Shown: positions 7,312 to 14,842, counted from the stretch's first letter. The stretch is DNA of 32,094 bases from a virus (IMGVR_UViG_3300011335_000271:1-32094), one strand, 5' to 3'. Translations and numbers: made by a program. Notes: generated from the sequence alone by a model not told the origin.

Positions 7312-8273
7312 TTTATGTTATTTAATTTCTGTCCTAAATTGGTTAATATTTTTAGTTCTTCTTTTTGTGGCGCACCGTAAATCTTTTCGTAAACATTCGG
7401 TGCTGTATTAATTTGTTCAAAGTAGCTTAAACGTTCTTTATCGAACCATATTTCAATACTACCTATGTTTCCATTTGATCGTGGCTTAATCTTATTGAAA
7501 TGAATTTCAGCTAGGTTATGCGTCGGGTCTTCGCGGTGTACGGTTATCATGCACTTACCACTATTGAACCATTCAGAACCGCCTTTTAAATCGTATGGAC
7601 TAGGTGGGTTACGTTTTCCGTTTTCCTTTTCAGTTAGTTTCGGGTGAATGATTGTATGTAAATGCAACCCGTTGTCTTCTGCTATTTGGTTTCTGTAGGG
7701 CAAAACGTATTCTAAGTATTGCGCATAACCGCCGTATTCATTATATGGGTGGTTTAAATCTTTCCAGCTGTCAATACTAGCCGTATGTAATTCACTTTTC
7801 TTTTGTATTTCTACAGCCATATCCCAAAATTGAACGGGTGTTAACTTCGCTTTTATATCTGACCTTGTTAAAACTTTAAAGTGTTGAATAACCCAGTCAA
7901 TAGCTTGTGTAATTTCGCTGTCTTTAATTACGTTTCTGTCATCTGGATTGAAACTCTTTCCAGTTTTTTTGTGAATCAAGTCAGCTATTATTTCTACGTT
8001 ATTTCCTACGTCTGGAAAATATACTAAATGTTTCCACCCGTAAAACTTTGACGTGTTCATTAAACATTCCATTAATACTTGTGTCTTACCGCTCATTGGA
8101 AAACCCGTCCAATCGGTACAATTACCTAACGACATAGAGTAATGTTCGTGAATACTTTTAAAACCTAGATACTTTCCTTTTTGGTTATAATTATCTCGGT
8201 GTTTAAATAGGTCTGTTATTACGTCGCCAGCTTCTGTTATTTTAAATCCGTTTAACTCCATGGTGCTTTCCAT
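7302..8273 (-). CDS. DnaB/RecA-like replicative helicase (SF4-type P-loop ATPase)
   Basis: Walker A GFPMSGKT, Walker B-like ASIDSW, IIHPK, YDLKGGSEW, KIKPR; follows the initiator; start may be 8261. Confidence 0.8.
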   Translation of the reverse strand: MESTMELNGFKITEAGDVITDLFKHRDNYNQKGKYLGFKSIHEHYSMSLGNCTDWTGFPMSGKTQVLMECLMNTSKFYGWKHLVYFPDVGNNVEIIADLIHKKTGKSFNPDDRNVIKDSEITQAIDWVIQHFKVLTRSDIKAKLTPVQFWDMAVEIQKKSELHTASIDSWKDLNHPYNEYGGYAQYLEYVLPYRNQIAEDNGLHLHTIIHPKLTEKENGKRNPPSPYDLKGGSEWFNSGKCMITVHREDPTHNLAEIHFNKIKPRSNGNIGSIEIWFDKERLSYFEQINTAPNVYEKIYGAPQKEELKILTNLGQKLNNIKWT

Positions 8274-8884
8274 TTTTTAGGTTCGTTTACTTCTTGTATC
8301 GTTTGTACTTTATCCCAAAACAAACCTTGCCATCCATTCTCAATAGAATTGTTAATTACGAATTTACATTGTTCGTTCGTATAGTTGTCCATTTTCTTTA
8401 AAATAGTATTTATGGTAGCTGGACTTAAAGCCTTACGTATTGATTTTCTGTAGTCAATCCAAGAATCTAAAATTACTTCTTTTTCATTCTTTTCTTTATT
8501 ATCATTCTTGTTTGTTGTTGATTGTTTGTTAGTCGTTTGTTGATTGTTTGTTAATGGCTTGTTAGTAGTTTCGTTTTCGTCTTGGTAACATTCATATTTA
8601 CAGATAGTTACTATAGTAAATTGGCTTGTTGATTTTACTTCGATTTCGTTTGTCTTTTCTAACTTTTTTAAAATGGTTCTAATTGACTGAATACTGATTC
8701 CAGTAGCGTTAGAAATATTACCTAAAGACGAAATAAATTGACCTCTTTTAACATCGTTACCTTGCCATTTAGCGTCTTTATGATTCGCTTTAATTAACAT
8801 ATACAAAAACAAATGTACAGCTTCGGACTTATTGAACCATTCCCAGTCTAAAAATTTCCTATGTAATTTAATCCAACCGATCAT
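8252..8884 (-). CDS. Phage replication initiator (lambda O/replisome organizer-like)
   Basis: GWIKLHRK N-terminus, winged-helix-like region, T/N/Q-rich linker, C-terminal WIDYRK...SIENGWQGLF. Confidence 0.85.
   Translation of the reverse strand: MIGWIKLHRKFLDWEWFNKSEAVHLFLYMLIKANHKDAKWQGNDVKRGQFISSLGNISNATGISIQSIRTILKKLEKTNEIEVKSTSQFTIVTICKYECYQDENETTNKPLTNNQQTTNKQSTTNKNDNKEKNEKEVILDSWIDYRKSIRKALSPATINTILKKMDNYTNEQCKFVINNSIENGWQGLFWDKVQTIQEVNEPKKWKAPWS
8515..8565. repeat. Iteron-like repeats, probable replication origin
   Basis: TTGTTGATTGTTTGTTA at 8515 and 8537; TTGTT phased every 11 bp (8515, 8526, 8537, 8548, 8559) beside an AT-rich tract inside the initiator gene. Confidence 0.7.
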
Positions 8885-9041
8885 TATTCAAACTTAAAAA
8901 TTTTTTTAATTCTTCTACTTCTTCATTTGTCAAAATATAATTTTCCCATTCTCCATTATTTGAAACTTCTATGTACAAACCACTTGCGCAAAAATTAGCC
9001 TCAAAACTACCATCTTCATTCTTAATTTTAAATACAATCAT
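8868..9041 (-). CDS. Hypothetical protein (57 aa, not in ORF track)
   Basis: MIVFKIKNEDGSFEANFCASGLYIEVSNNGEWENYILTNEEVEELKKFLSLNNDRLD. Confidence 0.55.
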   Translation of the reverse strand: MIVFKIKNEDGSFEANFCASGLYIEVSNNGEWENYILTNEEVEELKKFLSLNNDRLD

Positions 9042-9061
9042 TTTATAAATTTTTTAAACAT

Positions 9062-9153
9062 AAAAAAAGCCACTTTAAATCCCAAGCATCCGACCTCTTG
9101 TTCATTAAAATGGCTCAATAATACCTATGCGTTTATAATGTCGGATGAACGCG
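9062..9153 (-). ncRNA. Structured leader RNA: two hairpins with complementary loops ending in a terminator
   Basis: Stem 9152-9148/9133-9129; stem 9115-9105/9078-9068 followed by a U run; loops CAUCCGAC and GUCGGAUG are exact complements. Confidence 0.6.
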
Positions 9154-9157
9154 TGTA

Positions 9158-9165
9158 CAAATATA
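9158..9165 (-). promoter_or_regulatory. Bacteroidota -7 promoter box for the replication operon
   Basis: TATATTTG immediately upstream of the structured leader. Confidence 0.65.
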
Positions 9166-9171
9166 ACGTAT

Positions 9172-9579
9172 TTACTCTAATAAAGTTGAATCTATTTCGT
9201 ATTTATCTTCTAAAAGCCATCTTTTAATATTACCCAACGCATATAACGTCCTAGCGTTCTGTATGTCTTTAAGTAGATTTCGTTTAGGCGGTTTAATTTT
9301 AAAGTCTTTTAGTAATACAATGTATTCGTGAATGTCCGCGTGGTAAGAATCTCTATAGTATTCGTCTAGATTTGCTTGTGTTTTTACGTTATGAATAATA
9401 CTAGCGTGGTCTTGATTGAATAAATCCCCTATAGCTTGGTACGTCATTCCGTAGTCTCGTAGTTTTGACTGCAAGTAACATTTTTTATAAATAATATGTC
9501 GCTTACGATTCTTCTCGTTTAGCTTGTCTTTTTCAATTAAAAAAATCGCCGTTTCTAAAAAATCCATTTCTTCATTCAT
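9172..9579 (-). CDS. DnaA C-terminal (domain IV)-like HTH protein
   Basis: RKRHIIYKK...MTYQAIGDLFNQDHASIIHNVK resembles the DnaA signature IG..F..DHTTV.H. Confidence 0.7.
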   Translation of the reverse strand: MNEEMDFLETAIFLIEKDKLNEKNRKRHIIYKKCYLQSKLRDYGMTYQAIGDLFNQDHASIIHNVKTQANLDEYYRDSYHADIHEYIVLLKDFKIKPPKRNLLKDIQNARTLYALGNIKRWLLEDKYEIDSTLLE

Positions 9580-9722
9580 ACCTTTTCTATTCTAAAATTA
9601 CCTAATAAACAAAGACCTCTAGTCCTTAATTCTTTTTTCTTCCAGTTACATAGTGCTTTACTATCAAATATCCAGCTGTGAATAACATTCGAACCGCTGT
9701 AATAAATTAGTTTAAATTTCAT
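9576..9722 (-). CDS. Hypothetical protein (48 aa, not in ORF track)
   Basis: MKFKLIYYSGSNVIHSWIFDSKALCNWKKKELRTRGLCLLGNFRIEKV; ATGA overlaps at both ends. Confidence 0.65.
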   Translation of the reverse strand: MKFKLIYYSGSNVIHSWIFDSKALCNWKKKELRTRGLCLLGNFRIEKV

Positions 9723-9958
9723 AACTCGTTTTTTTCTTTAAAATATTCTGCTACTTGTCCGACGTTTTCAAATTCGATAATCACAAACTTACCTTTTTCA
9801 TTTAAACGGACTATTTTAAGCTCTTGTACTGCACGTTTAAAGTTGCATAGCTTACACACTCTGTTGCGTCCTAAATCAGTCTTTAAAGCATAGATACGTT
9901 TGTTCTCCGTGTATTCGTCAAGTAATAACATTCTGCGACAAGTAAAGCATTCTTTCAT
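9719..9958 (-). CDS. Small zinc-finger protein
   Basis: CFTC and CKLC pairs. Confidence 0.7.
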   Translation of the reverse strand: MKECFTCRRMLLLDEYTENKRIYALKTDLGRNRVCKLCNFKRAVQELKIVRLNEKGKFVIIEFENVGQVAEYFKEKNEL

Positions 9959-10140
9959 GATTTTTCTATTTCTTGTTGAACTCTATACCAATAATCTGTA
10001 AATCCTTTTGTATCTTCTAATGTTTTAAAGAAATAATCACAATTAATTATTTCATCAACTGCAATCAATGCACAGTCTTTAATTGTTATCCCGTCTTCAA
10101 AACGCTTTACTAATTCTTCTGCTTTTTCTTTTGGTGTCAT
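9955..10140 (-). CDS. Hypothetical protein (MTPKEKA...CALIAVDEII type)
   Basis: 61 aa, ATGA-coupled. Confidence 0.7.
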   Translation of the reverse strand: MTPKEKAEELVKRFEDGITIKDCALIAVDEIINCDYFFKTLEDTKGFTDYWYRVQQEIEKS

Positions 10141-10265
10141 AGCTTTTGATTAAATTTTATTTCACAAATTCTCTTGTATAATTCCTCGTTGAATGTACCT
10201 CTGATGTGTTCGTGTGATGACTTCGTTGTCCAAAACCTTTTCATCCGTTGTAGTCTAAATACCAT
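10137..10265 (-). CDS. Hypothetical protein (42 aa, not in ORF track)
   Basis: MVFRLQRMKRFWTTKSSHEHIRGTFNEELYKRICEIKFNQKL; stop overlaps the next ATG; alternative start at 10244. Confidence 0.55.
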   Translation of the reverse strand: MVFRLQRMKRFWTTKSSHEHIRGTFNEELYKRICEIKFNQKL

Positions 10266-10599
10266 AATCTGCCCAGTAATTATAATCATTTCTATCTAAT
10301 TCTCGCATTTTTTCTAGTGCTTCGTTACTTAACCAAAGTGTTTGATTTCTGTATTCTTTTACTTTGTCTAGTAGCCATTGTTTGTATTCGTCCGTGATTT
10401 CAATAGTTCCCGTTTCGTCTGTTGTACTATGGAAAAACGTACCCGACAAAGGCGTTATTGTGAAGTCTGTGTAAGCATTGTTACATTCTTCTGACCATTG
10501 AAAGTCACATTTAACATTGTAGTAGTAGTCGTTTAAAAAATACTCCAAGTTTAAATCATAAACTGAAAGAGTGTAATCTGTTACTTCTAAATTACTCAT
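10255..10599 (-). CDS. Hypothetical acidic protein
   Basis: 114-aa ORF. Confidence 0.7.
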   Translation of the reverse strand: MSNLEVTDYTLSVYDLNLEYFLNDYYYNVKCDFQWSEECNNAYTDFTITPLSGTFFHSTTDETGTIEITDEYKQWLLDKVKEYRNQTLWLSNEALEKMRELDRNDYNYWADYGI

Positions 10600-10610
10600 C
10601 TTATTTTTTT

Positions 10611-11069
10611 TTAAAAAGTTTGCAAATAAGCCTTGTAAGCATTATATATCGCTTGTATTTGCTTAAATTCTTCCGTGTTTCGCTCAGTTTGGATGATTTC
10701 ATCACTTGCAAAGAACTCATCCCATTCCCCAATAGTTCGTTTTTCGCAACCAATATGAATCATACCGTCAGTTATTCCGTGTGTCCATTTGCAATACATA
10801 GGCACTTTAACCGCATCGCTTAGGTCTGCATCGCTTAGGTTTGCATAGCTTAGGTTTGCATAGCTTAGGTATGCACCTCTTAGGTCTGCACCTCTTAGGT
10901 CTGCATCGCTTAGGTTTGCATAGCTTAGGTATGCATAGCTTAGGTATGCACCTCTTAGGTCTGCACCTCTTAGGTCTGCATCGCTTAGATTTGCACGGCT
11001 ACCGCCTTCTTCATTTCTTAACCACTTTAAATGTAGTTCTAATGTTTCTTTGATTTGTTCTTGTGTCAT
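10611..11069 (-). CDS. Pentapeptide repeat protein
   Basis: Twelve A[DNY]Lxx repeats between LELHLKWL...GSR and a C-terminal IHIGC domain. Confidence 0.92.
   Translation of the reverse strand: MTQEQIKETLELHLKWLRNEEGGSRANLSDADLRGADLRGAYLSYAYLSYANLSDADLRGADLRGAYLSYANLSYANLSDADLSDAVKVPMYCKWTHGITDGMIHIGCEKRTIGEWDEFFASDEIIQTERNTEEFKQIQAIYNAYKAYLQTF
10813..10995. repeat. 15-bp tandem repeat (12 units) encoding the pentapeptides
   Basis: Units GCA(TCG/TAG/CCT)CTTAGGT(C/T/A)T, with one variant unit. Confidence 0.95.
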
Positions 11070-11073
11070 GATT

Positions 11074-11268
11074 TTATTTATTGTTAGTTATTAGTTCTCC
11101 GTATTTTTCTAGCACTGGCGATTGCACGTGTACTGGAATGTCTTGTATTATTTTATCTTGTTTAATGTAGTTAACTCTAGTCGATATAAAGAATATCATT
11201 ACAGTTAGAAATAATGCTATTGGCATGAATAAATCTAATGCGTCTTTTTGTTTTTGTGTAGTTTTCAT
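11074..11268 (-). CDS. Small membrane protein
   Basis: Hydrophobic segment [18 protein letters not shown]. Confidence 0.7.
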   Translation of the reverse strand: MKTTQKQKDALDLFMPIALFLTVMIFFISTRVNYIKQDKIIQDIPVHVQSPVLEKYGELITNNK

Positions 11269-11429
11269 AGTCCTAGTTTTTTAAGTAAATTATTTACACT
11301 CGCCCAACGTGTAGTAGCTGCATCTGTGATAGGGTCATTAACTCCTAAAATCTCAAGGCATTGTTGAAGCTCGTCATACAATCTGCGTTCTTCCAACATA
11401 ATTACATTAATCATTTCTTGTTTTTTCAT
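11265..11429 (-). CDS. Hypothetical protein, probable first early gene (54 aa, not in ORF track)
   Basis: [54 protein letters not shown]; ATGA overlap downstream. Confidence 0.7.
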   Translation of the reverse strand: MKKQEMINVIMLEERRLYDELQQCLEILGVNDPITDAATTRWASVNNLLKKLGL

Positions 11430-11463
11430 CGTTGTTAAATTAAGTTTCTGAAATAGTTATATG

Positions 11464-11496
11464 CAAATATAAAGATAAGGTTTCAATTATCAACAA
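11464..11496 (-). promoter_or_regulatory. Probable main early promoter (Bacteroidota -33/-7)
   Basis: TTGTTG about 19 nt upstream of TATATTTG (11471-11464), with an A/T-rich upstream tract. Confidence 0.7.
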
Positions 11497-11544
11497 TTTT
11501 TTTTCACTTTTTTACATTTATTTTAAAAATGCCTTATTTTACTA

Positions 11545-11605
11545 TGTATTTTCAAAGTTGCTATGGGTGTATTTTCAAAGTTGCTATGGGTGTATTTTCA
11601 AAGTT
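11545..11605. repeat. 23-bp tandem repeat, about 2.7 copies
   Basis: TGTATTTTCAAAGTTGCTATGGG at 11545 and 11568, partial at 11591. Confidence 0.92.
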
Positions 11606-11617
11606 ACCAATGTGAAA

Positions 11618-12010
11618 TATACTTAATGTATAGAAAAAGCACTTAATTTATACCCGATAGCGTATAAAATAGGCATGGTGTATAGAATTTATACCCGAAA
11701 GGATATAATAACTTGTATCAAAAAGCACATTATAATATGTATTTGACCTTTATATGGCTAGTTATGTATAAAATAATATGCAAAATCACATTTAAGTATG
11801 ATTCCAACTATACAAAAGCCAATAAATCTAAATAGTGTCAAATGTTTGTCACAAAACAAGGGTAAAAATTTGACAATTTTGTAATAGAATAAGGGTAAAA
11901 TGTCGCAAATATCTACTAAATATGCGACACAATTATTTGTAAAAGTGTGACTACTACTATTTATTAAGGGTATATCCTTACGTATGGGGGAGTCGCTTTA
12001 AGATTATAGC
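11618..12010. promoter_or_regulatory. Array of operator-like inverted repeats
   Basis: About 9-10 spaced palindromes, e.g. TTTATAC-N8-GTATAAA, TGTCGCA-N15-TGCGACA, TAAGG-N6-CCTTA; no ORF of 60 aa or more. Confidence 0.6.
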
Positions 12011-12013
12011 ATG

Positions 12014-12050
12014 AAAAAAGGGATTGCCAACGCTATGACAATCCCTTTTT
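12014..12050. terminator. Bidirectional intrinsic terminator ending the late operon
   Basis: AAAAAGGGATTG-N12-CAATCCCTTTTT, just downstream of the last late gene. Confidence 0.8.
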
Positions 12051-12083
12051 GAATACAAAAACTAATTTAACGAGTCAAATGTA

Positions 12084-13121
12084 CTAAAATAAATGTGATA
12101 TTCTGCAAACTTGTCCGTGTTCTTTATGGTGAAGGAAGCCTTCCAAAGCCTGAGGAGCGTGCTGATAGCCTTTTTGATGATGCCATGAGTCACAAGCTGA
12201 AGGACTTCTAAGAGATTCTACTGTTACTCCAATGTAATCTTTACTTGTTTTATGGTGAACATGGTGAGTGTAAACGTAACGATGCTTAGACAAGCTCCAT
12301 TCATGCGGAAACTCGGTTGCCATTAACAAAGGTAAGTCTCCGTGTTTTGCTCCGTCTCCGTGTGTCGTACCTATTAGATTCTTTCCATATAGAAATCCTT
12401 TACGATGAGCAATAGAACAATCAAAAGTAATGTTATCACAATCTTTAAACCACGTCTGTATAACATCAGAAAGGAAAAATCCGTGTGTGTAATCATGATT
12501 AGATGGATTGAAAGTAAAATGCACATCAGCGACAGATAGCAAAGTTTCCAAAATATCAACATATAAGCGTTTTGCGATTAGAAAATTAGAGTACCACATT
12601 CCATCTGTGTCTTGTGGAGTTCCTCCCATAGTAGTTCGTCTTGGAGTATCAATATGTAAGATGTCGTTTCCTCCAATAAATAATATCTTGTCAATGTTAA
12701 ATCCAGTACATTTATCAAGTATTCCTTGTACGCCTTCCTTAACACGTTTAACTGCTATTTGATTGTTGTAGTCCTCACCTGTTTCAAAAGCATCACAGAG
12801 TTTACCTATATGTACGTCTGCAGGGTCTATTACTAATAAGTGTCCATCAGTTGAAGGATTACGGAAAATAGTAGGATATTCAGGTTTGAAATCACGGATG
12901 TCTTGAATGATTGCTTCCTGTAATTCTTTGTAGTTAGTTTCCTCTGATTCCTTAAAGTTAGGATTCTTAAAAAATAGTGAAGCGTTTTTAGACTTTAACC
13001 ATCCGTGTTTGACATCTTTGTCATCTAATCCAAGTCCATTAGATTCCAGTTTGATTGCTCTATAAGAGTTTAAGATTTCAATCTCATCTTCTTGCAATCT
13101 AAAGCGTGTTTGTTTACTCAT
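12084..13121 (-). CDS. Calcineurin-like metallophosphoesterase
   Basis: ADVHIG, GGNDILH, PSNHD, THGD and HHVHH correspond to the five MPP motifs. Confidence 0.78.
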   Translation of the reverse strand: MSKQTRFRLQEDEIEILNSYRAIKLESNGLGLDDKDVKHGWLKSKNASLFFKNPNFKESEETNYKELQEAIIQDIRDFKPEYPTIFRNPSTDGHLLVIDPADVHIGKLCDAFETGEDYNNQIAVKRVKEGVQGILDKCTGFNIDKILFIGGNDILHIDTPRRTTMGGTPQDTDGMWYSNFLIAKRLYVDILETLLSVADVHFTFNPSNHDYTHGFFLSDVIQTWFKDCDNITFDCSIAHRKGFLYGKNLIGTTHGDGAKHGDLPLLMATEFPHEWSLSKHRYVYTHHVHHKTSKDYIGVTVESLRSPSACDSWHHQKGYQHAPQALEGFLHHKEHGQVCRISHLF

Positions 13122-13561
13122 CTGAATAGTTTAGTGAGAAGTTGTAACCTACTTCTAAAGGTTTCGTTGAAAGTCAACTTAACAAGTAATCCTAAAACAA
13201 ATGCAAGTATAACCAAAAACCATCTTGTCTTGTACTTAGTGATGTATTTATTTTGATATTTAACCTTTAAAACGTCTGCTTTAACAACTTTTGTTTTATA
13301 ACGATATTCAATCTTAGTCTCAAATCGTGTTTTAGGCACAAAAGAACGCTTGTAACGAACGATTGTATCTTTCTGAACGATTACCTTCTCCCAATAAATA
13401 GAGTCTCTTAAAACGTAAGGAATTGAATCTATAGTTGAAACTTTGATTGTGTCGCTTGTTTCGTCACATTTGTAGCCTTTTTTCATGGCACGCATTACGT
13501 GGTAATGAGCGGAACACGAAGCGAGAATAACGCTAATCGCAATCCCTAATATTAACCTCAT
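13118..13561 (-). CDS. Putative unimolecular spanin (lipoprotein with C-terminal TM helix)
   Basis: Start MRLILGIAISVILASC with lipobox LASC; beta-rich middle; TM WFLVILAFVLGLLVKLTF; follows the endolysin. Confidence 0.7.
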   Translation of the reverse strand: MRLILGIAISVILASCSAHYHVMRAMKKGYKCDETSDTIKVSTIDSIPYVLRDSIYWEKVIVQKDTIVRYKRSFVPKTRFETKIEYRYKTKVVKADVLKVKYQNKYITKYKTRWFLVILAFVLGLLVKLTFNETFRSRLQLLTKLFR

Positions 13562-14205
13562 AGGTTTTTTAACATTTCGATTACACGTGGACAAGGGTAC
13601 ATATCCGATTTATCCTTACGAACTGAATTGTGTGTAAAGATTCCTTTAACGCCTTTGAACGCGTCCTTGTCAATAGCCCATATTGAATCGTTATAGTCCT
13701 TTGGAATGTCGTACGTATCGCATAAATATTCCACAAGTTGACGTAGTGATTCGATTTGAGCATCTGAATACTTGTAGTAGTATTTGAATCCTTTGAATGG
13801 TTTCTCAAGTTCTGTTACGTTCTCAGGTTTAATTAATCCTCCTGCGTAATTGTAGAACTTGTCTCCTCTCTTAGTAAGATATCCCCAGTTACAAACTTCA
13901 ATACCTACTGAAGATTTATTTAGGTTAACGTACTTAGCTCCGTTTGTAGCAAAATCTTGATTATCTATACCTAGATGCCATGCCCAATGTTTGGAAGAAA
14001 AGCATTGAACAATAGTACCATCTTCTCCGATTACAAATGCAGTTCCAATTCGTGTTTCGTTACCATTCCAATATCTGCTAACTCCTTCTGCATTTCCATT
14101 ACCTGCAGTATGATGCAAGTAAATTTGCGTCTTAGGTGCTTCCTCTTTGAAAAACTGATTGTCTTTAAGACGTACTTGTTTGATTTTGCTGATGTCTAGT
14201 TTCAT
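13558..14205 (-). CDS. Endolysin, N-acetylmuramoyl-L-alanine amidase (Amidase_2)
   Basis: IYLHHTAG, WAWHLG, SVGIEVCN, FTHNSVRKDKSD. Confidence 0.92.
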   Translation of the reverse strand: MKLDISKIKQVRLKDNQFFKEEAPKTQIYLHHTAGNGNAEGVSRYWNGNETRIGTAFVIGEDGTIVQCFSSKHWAWHLGIDNQDFATNGAKYVNLNKSSVGIEVCNWGYLTKRGDKFYNYAGGLIKPENVTELEKPFKGFKYYYKYSDAQIESLRQLVEYLCDTYDIPKDYNDSIWAIDKDAFKGVKGIFTHNSVRKDKSDMYPCPRVIEMLKNL

Positions 14206-14627
14206 TTTAAATCTTCTAAGGTTTCTTTACTTCTCTTTGCGAACTTAATAAATTTATCCCATACGTTAACTCCTGTAACTGAAAAGTAGCTTTCGTTAAT
14301 ACTTTTAATTTCCGTGTAAACGCAGAAAAACGTAAACGCCTTTGTCATGAGTAAATCAATCGAAATGAAATGTGCTAAAATATCAGCTATAACATACTTT
14401 TCTAACAAGAATACAAAAACTATTGCTCCACTATATAAAAGTGTTTTAGAAATCGTGTGTGAAAGTCTGCGTGAACGTATGGACTTCCATCCTGATTTTT
14501 TAACGCTTCTCCAAATGCCAAAACAGGTATCTAAGATGATTGCTAAAACTGCAACTATAACAAGTGGCTTAACTGGAGTAAGAATAGTAAGTATTGAAAA
14601 AACGAATAGTGAAAGTTTAGTTTTCAT
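14202..14627 (-). CDS. Holin
   Basis: Several TM helices, ILDTCFGIW, EIKSINES; directly upstream of the amidase. Confidence 0.85.
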   Translation of the reverse strand: MKTKLSLFVFSILTILTPVKPLVIVAVLAIILDTCFGIWRSVKKSGWKSIRSRRLSHTISKTLLYSGAIVFVFLLEKYVIADILAHFISIDLLMTKAFTFFCVYTEIKSINESYFSVTGVNVWDKFIKFAKRSKETLEDLK

Positions 14628-14842
14628 TAAGAAATAGGAGTTGTTGGTTTAGGTACGTAGTCTAATACGTTAAGTTCTTTTACCCACATTGTATCAGGAT
14701 TGATTGTTCCGTTTACTTCTTCTAAAGAAATTACCCAATCTTCGTAAGCATCTTGAATAGGATTATAATAACAATCAGGTGCGTACTGCACTCCAACTAA
14801 TGCTTCTTTTTGTAATTCAGTTAATATTGCTATTTGTATCAT
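14627..14842 (-). CDS. Hypothetical protein, possible fibre-associated chaperone
   Basis: 71 aa coupled to the preceding beta-rich virion gene. Confidence 0.6.
   Translation of the reverse strand: MIQIAILTELQKEALVGVQYAPDCYYNPIQDAYEDWVISLEEVNGTINPDTMWVKELNVLDYVPKPTTPIS

Noticed and set aside
10813-10995. Diversity-generating retroelement template/variable repeats
   Set aside because: No reverse transcriptase is present and the repeat is a simple in-gene tandem array
10841-11053. Plus-strand MHSLG/LHLLG repeat ORF
   Set aside because: Antisense reading of the pentapeptide tandem repeat
11545-11605. CRISPR array
   Set aside because: Repeats are head-to-tail with no spacers, and no cas genes are present
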